Origin: Mizuhopecten yessoensis
Lineage: Eukaryota
Assembly: GCF_002113885.1 (NCBI RefSeq)
Contig: NW_018408912.1
Span: 1,151,228 to 1,215,227, forward strand
Direction of reading: 5' to 3'
Length of the DNA: 64,000 nucleotides
The notes under the pieces are model-generated. The model worked only from the letters and a program-made list of their open reading frames with translations. It was not told the origin of the DNA and searched no databases. A program made the translations under genes and the position numbers. Each line of letters starts with the position of its first letter. The first letter of the stretch is position 1. This document shows positions 1 through 12,161 of the stretch, in pieces.

Positions 1-335
1 TGATACTTTGAATATTACATGTTAATAACTTGATTGGAATTATAACCTTGAATTGACAGTTTGATACTTTGAAAATTTTGAGCCAGCCCTACCCCCAAGG
101 GCTGTAGGGTGGGGCTCAAAGGAGTCAGTGTGCTAAAATTTCTTCATTTTCCTTGTTAAGAATCAGAGGTGCTAGTTTCAAATCCTTTTCAGTCTGAAAT
201 CTGTATGCTAGATATTGAGTAAGGTGGTTTTATTGTTTTTTGTCACTTTGAATAATATTTCTGTTCATGTTAAAAACAAAATCAACTCTGTATAAATATA
301 TCAGGTGACCGTTAAGGCCCATGGGCCTCTTGTTT
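1..335 (+). mobile_element. 3' end of a non-autonomous Helitron/Helentron-associated (HINE-like) element
   Basis: Ends TCAGGTGACCGTTA-AGGCCCATGGGCCT-CTTGTTT (301-335): subterminal CAGGTGA motif, GC hairpin and T-rich end, as I recall for bivalve HINEs. The left boundary is uncertain. Confidence 0.5.
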
Positions 336-1480
336 ATTGACATGTTTTATTTCAAACTTCCTGCAACATGAAGCATCAGGTGGTCAAAATAGAAACAACA
401 TGGCTGTGAGTGCATTTGATAGGAACACTCGTTAATATATCACCAAGTATTTATGAAAACTTGTGCAAGTAATTCTGGATATTTTACTAATATCACAATA
501 AAATCTACCTTTATTTAAAAAAACTAATCAACTTTGTAACCAAAGTCTTTCTCAACTGAAGATCTGTGCTACAAAGTTGTATTTTGAAGACGATGAATGC
601 CATTGTTCATTGCCAAACACAAGCCTATTTCTCAGTCATAATCAGCTTTCCGTTAGTCATAATGCTGCAAAAATAAAGATGTGTATTTCCATTAACAACA
701 TCAAACGTTAACAACATAACAACATTGATTCAGGGTTACCTGTTTATTTCATTTCATGCAGAAGTTGCACATCGTCTAAAAGTATATTGATGGTGTACCA
801 TTTTGTTACATCTGCTGGAGTGAGCCTAGTAATGACATCTGGTACGGATTCTGGACCAGAGTTAAATCAGTAAAATTATATTATTAGGCATGGCAAGTAT
901 GATAAATATTGTTTAGTTGTATATTACAATGATGTAGCATGCATGACAAAATAGGAAAGAAAACCTTATTTCATGTAGATCTATTGTAAGACAGATAATT
1001 TCATTTAGAAAAATGTACATGACTTGATAATTGACTCAAAACTATTAAGACAAATGACCTAGAAATAAAAAAAATAACAAATATTTTCTTCATTACTAAA
1101 TTATTGTATTCTTTTTAATTTAATATTTACATATCAAATTTGATATTAATTTGACATTTTTTTTTCTTTTCTAAAAAATAGAATAATAATAAAAAAAAAT
1201 TGGGATGAATGGAATAATGCTATGAAAATTCTAAATAGGTGTTAAAGGTTTGTGAAAAGTGAATATTCATGTAAGATTTTTTCAAAATAATTCATTAGGT
1301 AAAGATGAAAAAGTAATTTAACAGAGACCCCCATTAACCATCAAATGACTTAAAGTGAAGTGACAATACCAAGGAAAACTACTAATACTTTTATTGTCTA
1401 TCATAAAATTAAGACATTTTGCAGAGAATGTATAAATTTTGTTTTAATGTCAATTCCGTAATGTTATTTCTTTTAAACAG

Positions 1481-1602
1481 CCAAGAACAAAGATTCAGAC
1501 TGTGGGAACATAATTTTCGACTTTGAAGGAACGATCCAGCAGGTACCATACCAGCTGAAGGACCTTGTGGATCCCAGGTCCCCACCTAGATATGGTGACA
1601 AG
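1481..1602 (+). CDS. CSDE1: Cold shock domain-containing protein E1 (UNR), internal exon (first in window)
   Basis: ttttaaacAG acceptor, AAG|GTAAAT donor. Encodes KNKDSDCGNIIFDFEGTIQQVPYQLKDLVDPRSPPRYGDK, resembling the CSDE1 segment ending PQIGDK. Upstream exons lie outside the window. Confidence 0.9.
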
Positions 1603-1935
1603 GTAAATGACATATACTTGTATTATAAATTAGATCCCTGCCCAGATATGGTGACAAGGTAAATTACATATACTTTGATCCCTGCCCAGATATGGTGACA
1701 AGGTAAATGACATATACTTATATTATAAATTAGATCCCTGACCATATGGTGGCATGGTAAATTACATATACTTAGATCCCTGACCAGATATGGTGACAAG
1801 GTAAAAAACATACTTAGATCCCTGCCTAAATATGGTGACAAGGTAAAAAAACATATACTTAGATCCCTGACCAGATACGGTGACAAGGTAATTTACATAT
1901 ACTTAGTTCCCTGGGATATTGGGACAAGGTAAATA
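1570..1935 (+). repeat. Minisatellite (41-56 bp units, 8 copies) built from the exon end plus splice donor
   Basis: GATCCC..AGATATGGTGACAAG|GTAAA repeated, with GT at 1603, 1659, 1703, 1757, 1801, 1843, 1888, 1929. Confidence 0.95.
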
Positions 1936-2082
1936 GACTATCAATATAAGTATGATATTCACTCATGATCAAGTATATACGTATACTTGCTTAATCTTGC
2001 TGTGGTAAAGATGTAGATTATTGTTTTAATGGTTGATTTCAAATGTGCCGAGATTAAGTCAAGGATATGATCTGTTTTACAG

Positions 2083-2255
2083 GTTGAGTTTAACCTTGCC
2101 GAGATTAAGAGGAACAACAGTAGAGGTGCTGTAAATGTGAGGGTGCTATTCAGAAATGTGGCCAGTAAATGCTTGGGATACGTAGCAACACTCAAAGAGA
2201 ACTACGGGTTTATTGAAAGTGCTGATCATGAGAAGGAAGTCTTCTTTCATTTCAG
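2083..2255 (+). CDS. CSDE1: CSDE1 exon (cold shock domain)
   Basis: AG/GT bounded. VEFNLAEIKR...LGYVATLKENYGFIESADHEKEVFFHF carries RNP1/RNP2-like CSD motifs (YGFI, VFFH). Confidence 0.95.
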
Positions 2256-2871
2256 GTAAGTGTCGAGGCATAAGCAATCACTGTTGAAAGTGATTTGAAT
2301 GTTTAATTATCAGTCTCATGCCTTTTCAAAAGAGCACAGAACATTGTTGTCTGCATGTCTTAACATACCATATCAGTTTCTGGCTATTGATATCTCTGAT
2401 AGCGTGTTAATAAGTTAGAACAATCCCATGTAATAAATCTGTTGATGTGATGAATCTCTTACATGGCATTCCATGAGCAGAGCTGAAATTATGACTTCAC
2501 TATAATGATAGCACTGGGTAATATTTGTTACTTTGATATAACATCATATGAATTTAAATCGGTATTTTCACTTTATATTAACATTTAGACTTAATTTGTT
2601 TAAAAGGTAAGAGAGAAAAATACTAATTTCTATATGTTAATAGAAGATTGAAGGGCTCCACCCTTGTGTTTTTTTACTGGGAGTTGAACCTTTGGCAAAG
2701 CCTCATGTGATGCTGTACAAGTAGAAATGTTCACATGTTGAAGACGTCAGTGTGAAAATATTTACCTGCCAACATTCGATACACTTCAAAGATTACTGCA
2801 GCATTGCAAATGTGAACATTTCGACACCGGGTATAATTTTGAGGGTAACTATTTTTCTTTTACAATTATAG

Positions 2872-3295
2872 CTCTTTTGATGGAGATCCCACAGAATTGG
2901 ACTTGGCTGATGAGGTAGAATATACTGTCACTAGGAAAAATGCCAAAGTGAGTGCCGAAAATATCCGTAGAGTAACCAAGGGAACAATTCCTGTGGAGGA
3001 GATCCTGCGAGACCAGGGTGTACTCAAGGGAAAGATTATCCGACCAATGAGAATTGTCAACCCAGAACAGGAGGAATACTGCGGCCTTGTACAGGTGGAC
3101 CCTGCAGACGAGGATGCTAAACCAGTCTGCTATCCTTACGGTATCACAAGTCTGGCTGATAAACGAGACTTCCTTCAGACTGCAGATGCTGTCAAATTCC
3201 AGCTGGCAGCTAGTAAAAATGGTGTCACTAGAGCCATCAACATTGCAGCAGTCCGCAAGTACATCCGTGCCAAGGTGGATTCTGTGAAAGGACAG
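2872..3295 (+). CDS. CSDE1: CSDE1 exon
   Basis: Phase-2 start matches the previous exon. SFDGDPTELDLADEVEY...KVSAE...GKIIRPMR...AKVDSVKGQ, donor CAG|GTATG. Confidence 0.95.
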
Positions 3296-3674
3296 GTATG
3301 CATATATGCTCTACCTCCGAGTAGTTTCAGATTGTTGATCATTCATTATAAGTGTGAGAATTAAAACTTTATGTTGTATAATTACAGTAGTAGACAGTAA
3401 AACTTGTTAAACACTTGTTTGACCAACTTGGTTTTTAGCACTAATTCATATTTTCTTTTTACTTGAAATTGTACGTTTTTTTGCCGACCTGTATACAAAT
3501 CATTAAGCTTTCTTAAGGTTTGTTATAAATTTGTTTTAATGTAAAAGGAATGGAAGTTTAAGTGAAACACACTGAAAGAGATTATATGAAGAAATTCATT
3601 TCTACTTTTGTGTCATATAGTACATGCACATTTTGTAGAACCTGTTAAGATATTTTGAATGTTTTGGGTTGTAG

Positions 3675-3841
3675 TTTGGCTTCATCAACTACGAGGCAGC
3701 AGAGGAAGGGAAGAAGCTGTTTTTCCACATGACTGAGGTCCATGACGGGGTGGACATTCAAGCTGGAGATGAGGTGGAATTTGTTGTCGTACAAAATCAG
3801 CGCAACAAGAAATTCTCTGCTTGTAGCGTTAGAAAAATCAC
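3675..3841 (+). CDS. CSDE1: CSDE1 exon (last cold shock domain)
   Basis: [63 protein letters not shown] bounded. Confidence 0.95.
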
Positions 3842-3902
3842 GTAAGTTTATGCATGGAAGTATGAAATCAAGTAAGGGATTATCCTATTATTTCTTAAAC
3901 TA

Positions 3903-5026
3903 CAGTCGAACCTCGTTATCTCGAAGTTGACGGGATAGTTGGGAAACTTCGAGTTATCCGAGTATTCGAGTTAAGCGAGTTCCTATGGTTGGCATAAAAC
4001 TTTGTAACGTGTTTGGTCCAATATGAGGCTATATATGTCATTGATTTCTCTGACAATCAACGTATTTAAACAGTCGATAAATGACAAAAAGATAACTATT
4101 TAAAATTAAAAAAAATAACAACTTATTCATAATCATATTCATTAATTAATTAATGTTACAATACACACACATTCTGTCTCCGACCTCGTGCTATGCTGAT
4201 AGAAATTTCAATGCGGAAATGAAGGTGCCAAGCTAGTCTTTATACAAATCACTGTATTGGAGCATACACGTTGGATTGCTCAGTTGATTTCGACATTCCG
4301 AAATGTGTATGAGTTAATCAGGAAACATATCTTCATTTATAGACCCCAATGACACTTGATATCTCCTCACCACGACGTAGTCAACAATAATTATCGTATT
4401 GTTCCTATGATCTCTCAATTAATTATCGGTGCCATACAAGCTCCTGTAAAAACATAAACCAACGAACCTGTCCTAGGTTGTGATTTTTACTGTGGAACTT
4501 ATTTACGCATGACCGCACACTGTGACCCATTTTCTGGTTAGAATGTGTCGGCAGCTTTGGTGTAAATAAAGTGCCATTCAAATTGTTTACGGGCTCGCAG
4601 TAAGTACTAATTGTTGTTAATCAACATTGATGAAGTTTGTTTCTTTATTTGTACAAAGTATTTTTACAGTCAAACACATTTTAATGCCATAAGTTTAATC
4701 GAAGTAATTATGATCGAGCGTAATGTGCTCAATTAGAACGATGTTTCGCGTAGCACTGCGTCAAATATGTATCAAATAATTAAAGAATATATGACAGACT
4801 TGTGAATCTTAAGAAACTTCGAGTTAGGAGATATTTTGATGTAGGATTTACGTTGTTGGGACCGATGTTTCACTTCGGGATATCCAAGTTTTTCAAGTTT
4901 TCAGAGTTCGATTTATCAGAGTTTCTATTACTTAGATTAAGAAGAGTTTTGGCCGGGACCGATGACATACTTCGAGTTAAATGGGGTCTTCGAGTTATAC
5001 AAGTTCGAGATAACGAGGTTTGACTG
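3903..5026. mobile_element. Non-autonomous Tc1/mariner-pogo-like DNA transposon
   Basis: 26-bp TIR CAGTCGAACCTCGTTATCTCGAAGTT / AAGTTCGAGATAACGAGGTTTGACTG (2 mismatches), TA duplication at 3901-3902 and 5027-5028, subterminal TTCGAGTTA repeats, no transposase ORF. Confidence 0.9.
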
Positions 5027-5473
5027 TACCTGCTCCATTTTAAGTTTTAGCTAATTTAGCTAATATAAATGTAGAAAATCACATACAGGGGAGCTAAGAA
5101 CTTAGTATAGGTATACTTCAGTATTACATGCAAGGGGGACATAAATATAACCGTGTTATAAGCAAGAATGCACTAAAAGCATGTTGGTAGTAAACCTGTT
5201 TTACTATATTGTGCATGACATGATCACCATCAGATTTGGTATTTGACTTGGTTCACACATGGAAGGTGTTTACATAACACAGGTGAAAACTGTATATGGT
5301 TATGCTAGTACTAGTGCTGACCTAATACAAGAGGTAGTAATTAGGATGCTCCAAGAATGCTTACAGCAATTTTGAAACAGCAAGATGTCTTTGATCGTAA
5401 CATTTTAATCAAGCAGGTATTAGGCATAATTCCTCTAAAACATTTTTTGTAAAATAAACACATGGCAATCAGT

Positions 5474-5857
5474 ATGGTCGCATTCTCGTATCCCGGTTGA
5501 AACAGTTCAGGTGGCACATAATTATTCCACTATAAATGAACGCAATTGGACCGAGCTATGCGCAGATCTAATAAATGCACAGTTTCATAATATAAATAAT
5601 GTATCAAGAACATTATGTCCTTTTTTCACACGTCCACTAAATTATATAAGGTATCTTAAAATCTACATGTGGCTTGACCTTGTTTTATTAAAAAATAACG
5701 CAAACTTGCAATAGTCAGTATTATATTTTCGGTCAGGCATGTATGGACCCCTCAAATTACACATGCCGAATATTCATTAAGTCAGCCTTGTTAAAGATCT
5801 GCGCTTGTCATTTTCTTTCATGTTTAACTGTTTTAACTGGATACGTAAAAGGGGCCT
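5474..5857. mobile_element. MITE, degraded copy of the family at 10653-11049
   Basis: Colinear similarity with 10653-11049 (CGTATCCCGGTTGAAAC, TGTATCAAGAA, GTCCACTAAATTA, GCAATAGTCAG); right TIR decayed. Confidence 0.8.
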
Positions 5858-6076
5858 ACGATATATTCATTTAAGAATGTTTTACTCACAGGAATCTGAT
5901 TAGTGAGGCTTAGATTGATGAACCACCTAGTGTGTCGGTGAAGACTCCATACCTTACTAATATTATAAACTACCAACATATTTGGATAGGACTGTGTTAT
6001 TGAATTCAACCACTATACTACAATAGTGTAGCGAGCACTAGATAACCGATTGACAAATATCCTGTTTATTCTGTAG

Positions 6077-6227
6077 GAGCCGACAGCGCCCTGAACGTCT
6101 AGTGAGTAGACTGAAGAGTATCAATGATGACATGATCAGTCCTCGCATGGTTGCTCTTCGACAGCCAAAAGGTCCCGATGGAACAAAGGGATTTGCACCG
6201 CGCATTCCACGTCAGCCAACTGTCTAG
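6077..6227 (+). CDS. CSDE1: CSDE1 terminal coding exon (SUZ-C motif)
   Basis: [58 protein letters not shown] is the CSDE1 C-terminal SUZ-C motif. TAG at 6225-6227. Confidence 0.95.
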
Positions 6228-6799
6228 CTTTGCATTAATCCTGCTTCATCGCATCTATTGCCTTCTATTTGAGAAATCAAAACAGAAAATACCACAAAAA
6301 AAGGACAATCTCCTCCCTACTCTGGTTTCATTTTAAACTCTTCAGTTAATTTATGAATATTTTCTTCAAAGATTTGATTTGAAATACCATTTACCTATAG
6401 AAATCTCTGTATTTCCTTTCACAAGCGTTATGATTTTAAGGAAAACGATCCTGGACTTTCCTCTTCCTTCATATTTTCTGTCTATTTATTAGGAATGTTA
6501 CCAGGTTAATTAGAATTATTGCTGAATATAGAAAAAAACAAAAAGCATAAGCTAACATAATTATGTATTTGAATGACTAAACCTGATTTGTTTTATTTGG
6601 AAATCTGTTTAATATTGTAAAGCAAATGACAAACATCTATACATTGGACCAAAACAGTTTATTTTGTTGAATGTCAAATTTGTTCTAACATATTGTTACA
6701 TGTTTAACAGAGAAACACTGTTGGTTATATTATTATTCTGAAGAGATATAATTTATAGATTTATTTATTTTACAAGCATGAATTCTACAACCTGTTAAT

Positions 6800-7535
6800 G
6801 TTCGATAATTAACATCATAATTCTATCTTGATATCGGTGGGATATCTCTAGAGCTCTAATTGTGGAGTAAGTGTTCGATAATTGACATCATTATTCTATG
6901 CTTGATATCGGTGGGATATCCCTAGAGCTATAATTGTTGTGTAAGTGTTCGATAAATAACATCATTATTCTATTCTTGAGATCGGTGGGATATCTCTAGG
7001 GCTATAATTGTGGTGTACGTGTTCGATAATTAAAATCATTATTCTATTCTTGATATCGGAGGGATATCTCTAGAGCTTTAATTGTGGTGTAAGAGTTCGA
7101 TAATTAACATCATTAATCTATCTTGATATCGGTGGTATATCACTAGAGCTATAATTGGGGTGGAAGTGTTCGATGATTAACATCATTATTCTATCTTGAT
7201 AACGGTGGGATATCTCTAGTGCTATAATTGTGGTGTAAGGGTTCGATAATTAACATCATAATTCTATCTTGATATCGGTGGGGTATCTCTAGAGCTATAA
7301 TTGTGGTGTAAGTGTTCGATAATTAACAACATTATTATATCTTGATATCGGTGGGATATCTCTAGAGCTATAATTGTGGTGTACGTGTTCGATAATTAAC
7401 ATCATTATTCTATCTTGATATCGATGGGATATCTCTAGAGCTATAATTGTGGTTTAAGTGTTCGATAATTAACATCATTATTCTATTCTTGATATCGGTG
7501 GGATATCTCTAGAGCTATAATTGTGGTGTACGTGA
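6800..7535 (+). repeat. 73-74 bp tandem repeat x10, probably in the CSDE1 3' UTR
   Basis: GTTCGATAATTAACATCATTATTCTATCTTGATATCGGTGGGATATCTCTAGAGCTATAATTGTGGTGTAAGT units starting 6800, 6873, 6947, 7021 ... 7460. Confidence 0.95.
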
Positions 7536-8989
7536 GCGAATGGGTATGATTAAATGACTGATTGAATGGAAGGATATTTTTTTATTGTGAAATATCATCA
7601 GTATAAGTTAAGCTAGAACAATATGAATTGATGTACGACCCAGATGTGTTGGCCAAGTGAAATCTACGAAAAAGATCTGTTCCTTTTACATTTGATATTG
7701 CAGTTTAAATATTACAAAAAAGAAGCTTTATGAACAAAACAGCATTATATTGAGTAAACATTTTTCAGGCATATTTCAAGTAAGATTTTTTTGTCATACC
7801 ACATATCATGATCAACTATAATCTAAGAATGACCCAAATTTCATTTTGTCACCATTATTCATGATCATTCAACCATTATATGTTAGAGAATAAGCTGCAA
7901 AAAAAAAAAGAAAAATAGAAAAGGTTGTCTTTTTTTGTTAATGAACTAAAAGGATTCGTTATCCTCGTTTTCAACATAGGTATGTGTTATAGTACTATGC
8001 TCTACCATGTTGCCAAAATGTCCATGTTCTGGGCTGTATAAATTGTCATTTGACTGTGTCGGAATCATGCATGCTATAAAACAAGCTTCAATACCAGAGA
8101 ACAAGTTTGTTGTAGGTATGTATGTCAATGATGAGACATTTGATTGGTCATTGGTAACTGTAATCACTGTGACCACGGTGACTCGAATGTAAAAGTTAGC
8201 CTCACACAAAGAGAGCAGTCTGAATGCTTTGGTAATCCAGGAACACAAAAACAAAACAAAAAAACAAGGAAAAGAATTTAAAAAAAACAAAAATAAAAAT
8301 GAATGAAGCGCATTATCTGTCTTATGTTGTTATTACAACTGTTTCTTTCAGGTGAAATGCTCATTGGTTACTTGACATTAGATAATGATCACAAGTGTTG
8401 TCTTCTTGTTGTGTTGAGGATATGGAAGACCCTCAAACATGAAAAATACAAAAACCTGCATTAATTTGTATACATTTTTGGAATTTTGGTTAAAAGCATT
8501 ATGTACCCCATATTAAGGTAATTAAATAACATTTAATATTATGGAGTGTTGATGTAAAAAATGGATTTAGCAACAAAAATCCTTGATATGTTGTCATATA
8601 ATAGTGTCTTCTATATCCAAACACTTATAATATTATTTTAACTGCAGTATTCCAGGACAAAAACAACTGAAAGTCGAGGGAAAAAAATCAAAGAATTCAT
8701 CTGGGTTAGGAGGGAAGGGATATCGATGAACAGAGATGAGGGGGGGTCCTCTAAGTGTCTGCAGTATTATTACTCTGCTAGGGAGTAATAATTCTCTTTA
8801 GATCATTCAGAAGAGTAAGACCAGTAAACCAAAGGTCGCAAGTTAGACTCCTAGCAAAGGCATTGAAAAAAGTAATGACCTCTATTACACCAGTGCTTCA
8901 CATTTAGCAATTACAGTAAGCTCAACAACTGTTTTACCTGTTGTCAATAAGATGCGAGCAGATGGCCTGGGTGCCTTTGGGATGGTTTT

Positions 8990-9245
8990 CAGTAAGGTAG
9001 CACTCTTAAAAGTCATCATCAGACCTGTGCTGCATATCTGAAGGAAGCATATATCAATACACTACCTCCAGCATACACCAATGCTTAACGCATAGAGGCA
9101 AGACCTTAAATGACCATATATAGCTGTTAAGCCTTTCAACAATGTAGACCATAATGGACTCATCTATATCAATGTGTGGTAGAGTCTACTTAAGTTGCAT
9201 AGGGGTGAAAGGGTTAATAGGATGCTGAACTCTATCAACAAAACC
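8990..9245 (+). mobile_element. SINE-like 3' remnant interrupted by a TTAA mini-MITE
   Basis: Tail CTTAAATGACC..AGCTGTT[..]TAGGA..AAC..CAACAAAAC resembles an uninterrupted tail at about 16495-16542. Confidence 0.45.
9131..9213. mobile_element. 83-bp mini-MITE flanked by TTAA (piggyBac-like ends)
   Basis: TTAA-(G/C)CCTTTCA...TGAAAGGG-TTAA. A same-length relative is at 59850-59932. Confidence 0.65.
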
Positions 9246-9334
9246 AAGCTTTGGATCATTATCCCAAGAAACAAAACTATTAATATGTTGATATGTTGAT
9301 ATATTGAAATTCATGAGATCAAAAGTCGAGGTCA

Positions 9335-9607
9335 CATCCTCTAATCTTTGAGCAAGATACTTTACTCCGCTTGTTCCAGTCTACTCAGCTGTAAATGAGT
9401 ATGTGGTTGGGCAGCGCCAGAATTGTTGAATGCTAGCTGTTAGCACTGAAATGGCAGCTCCGGCGGTATGCTCCCCTGGGAGTTAAGAAAGATATTGGCT
9501 GGTTGCAAAGGCCCTATAACCACGGATAATAATTTGTGAACTGCTATGAGACGGCCCAATTAGGTTGTGATAAAGCGGTATAAAAGAACCTCAAATTATT
9601 ATTGTTA
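9335..9607 (+). mobile_element. CORE-type SINE body with L2-like tail
   Basis: CTTTGAGCAAGATACTTTAC resembles the CORE motif, followed by CAGCTGTAAATGAGTA and a tail AAAGCGGTATAAAAGAAC..ATTATTATT. Confidence 0.5.
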
Positions 9608-10652
9608 TATAATTATTTGATTTTTGGAAAATTTGAAAATGGCCATTACTCAGAAAATAATGTATGAATATATTCGTACTTGGATACATAGTAGAGATGG
9701 AAGGGGCATTTTGCTAACATTGTTATTTGGTCAAAGGTCAAGTTGAATAAATTCTTAACATAGGGTCAAATTAATTAAGTTTACTAAATTAACATGTCAA
9801 AAAATAAAGATTGGTGAAGTTTCAAGGACATTATGACAAGTTCACATGCTATTTCTACTGTTTCCTTTGATAATTATGAAAAGCAGACAATACAATTAAA
9901 CATCTGTGCACACATGTTTCCCTATGGATCCATTCCATTGTTTGTTTTTGTTCAATTGATCTGAAGTCCAAGATGGCCACCATGATGTATATATCAGGTA
10001 ACACCTCAAACTAAATAATGATCATCTTTGGATATGTTGTAAAGACTGGCAATATATGTTTACTCTGTGACTATTGGAAGCCAGAGGTTAATAAACCTTT
10101 TGGGTTTTTAAACACTTACTACTCTGGCACCAAGAGACATAATATCTTTTGATATGTTTATGTATTGACTGACAATTTGCTCAGGAACCATTTTTAGGGA
10201 AAATATCAACTCAAATTTTTTCAATGAAACTTTCAATGAAACTTTAAATGATATTGAAAATGAGCCAACCTTATCTTTGAATACACTTTATTGGAAATTT
10301 AAGTGAGACCAATGCAGCATAAAATGAGATCAAATGTGACAGGAAAGATACTTCATTTAAATGATAGAACATTTTATGAGGGAAATGCTTTGTTGACTGA
10401 TCAAATCTGTGGTTTACATTTTTTGCTTGGTGTTTTATACTTTCATATAGTTCATATAGAACTATATGAAAGTATAAAACTCCAAGTTGCTTTTCTTATC
10501 TATTTATTAACTTTTAACTTTGTAAAAGAAGTATGAAATAATTACGAATATTTTTTAATTTGTAAATGTCGAATTTACCAATAAGCTATATATAATTCGT
10601 TTGTCAAATAAAAATGAAAACAAAAATTGTCACAAGTCCCTGTGCTTTTTAC

Positions 10653-11049
10653 ATGGCTACATTCGCGTATCCCGGTTGAAACGGTACGTGTGGCGCAGAA
10701 ATTTTCCACGATAAACGAACACACTTGGACCGTTCTTTAAGCAGAGCTAAAAATCCACAGTTTCGGAGAATAAAAAACAATGTATCAAGAATAGCATGCC
10801 CTTTTCTCACGCGTCCACTAAATTACATTACGTATCTTAAAAATTACATGTGACTTGACATTGTTTAAGAAAGAAATAACGCAAATTGGCAATAGTCAGC
10901 ATTTTAGTTTCGGTCAGGTTCGTCTGAACCCCTCAATCTACACGTACCAAATTTTCCTGAGGTCAGCCTAGGTTCAAATCTGTACCCGTCGTTTTCTTTA
11001 CAGGTCCAACCGGTTCAACCGTTTTAACCGGATACGCGAATGTAGCCAT
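10653..11049. mobile_element. MITE (397 bp) directly upstream of PRMT3
   Basis: TIR ATGGCTACATTCGCGTATCC(C)GGTT / AACCGGATACGCGAATGTAGCCAT. Second copy at 5474-5857. Confidence 0.9.
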
Positions 11050-11123
11050 AAACCCTTCTGACTTTTTCTCAAAGTGAAGCTGGAAGGATCATTCAGAAGG
11101 TGTTCCGAAAGTAGAAAACAAAG

Positions 11124-11136
11124 ATGGCTTCCAAAG
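11124..11136 (+). CDS. PRMT3: PRMT3 putative first coding exon (MASK, 13 nt)
   Basis: aagATGG start context (YY1-like AAGATGGC), donor AAG|GTAAC, phase 1 compatible with the next exon. Confidence 0.7.
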
Positions 11137-11742
11137 GTAACACGTGTGTTGTGAAAAATCAGATCAAAACAGTTTTCTGATTGTCTTGTAGCAGATAATG
11201 TGTTCTAAACTCTAAAGATCTATTCTGCCTTTTTGTTCTCCACAAATATATGAAAAAGTGGGAATTGTACAGCAACATCGAACTGTAATACCAGTTTGCA
11301 TTCATATTATCGATACTCATCATACTGTAGTCTACTTACTCACAGGTGTTTGAAATTCTGACTGTAAATTGAGATTTATATATCATTAAAAAAATCAGGG
11401 TGTTTATTTTTAGTATATACTCTTATTTTTTATTTTATGATATAATATATATCTCAATTAACAGTCAGAACTTCAAACACAAACCGAGTTGTTATCTACT
11501 AGTTTTACTGTCGTATCATATCTGACAGCTTTTATTGATTTGGTATTTGGAATTCTGGCTGTAAATCGAGAAATAGCCTATCGAAACAGAGAATGATAAT
11601 ATATACCGAGTGTATATGCTATAAACCGGGTAATATTATTACCATTTCTGGGACCACTAATTATAAGCTAGAACTTCCTTTCATGACTCCTAATTCAGAC
11701 TTTGAGACAGTGACTTATAACTTTAATAACTTGTTGGGACAG

Positions 11743-11990
11743 AAGTATCAGACAATTTTGAGGAGTTTGAAGAAGACTCTGACGATGGGGAAGGATGGGA
11801 AGAAAAGGAGGAGGAAATGGAAGAGGGTGAAGATGTGATGTGCCTGTTTTGCCAGCAGAGGTTGTTGGGGGTGGATGAGATGTTCAAACACTGTCGCTGT
11901 GACCATGGGTTTGACATGGCATGGGCAGGCCGTTTCTGGCAGCTCGATAGTATACAGTTCATCAAACTTGTCAACTATGTCAGGACAGAG
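11743..11990 (+). CDS. PRMT3: PRMT3 exon 2, acidic N-terminus and C2H2 zinc finger
   Basis: EEDSDDGEGWEE...CLFC...FKHCRCDHGFD...FIKLVNYVR is the PRMT3 zinc-finger signature. The acceptor position is slightly uncertain. Confidence 0.9.
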
Positions 11991-12093
11991 GTTGGTGGAA
12001 AAAATATGTTCCTTCTTTTATTTTTGTACTTTTCTTATTTGAGTAGATATTTTTTAGAAAATTATTTGATACAGAAAAAAGATTTAACAGAAG

Positions 12094-12161
12094 AGCCAGG
12101 GATTTGAACCCCACTCCTCTGAACTGACTAACAGATGCTTTAACCAATTGAGCTACCTGGT
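12094..12161 (-). mobile_element. tRNA-derived SINE head or tRNA pseudogene
   Basis: Minus strand ACCAGGTAGCTCAATTGGTTAAAGC...GGGTTCAAATCCCTGGC has Pol III A and B boxes and an acceptor-like stem, but an irregular anticodon arm. Confidence 0.65.

Noticed and set aside
1633-1890. 25-nt micro-exons (AG|ATCCCTG...GACAAG|GT) in the CSDE1 donor array
   Set aside because: Frameshifting length, and the intervening introns of about 20-30 nt are too short to splice.
12094-12161. Functional tRNA gene
   Set aside because: The anticodon arm does not form a canonical 5-bp stem with 7-nt loop; better explained as a SINE head or pseudogene.
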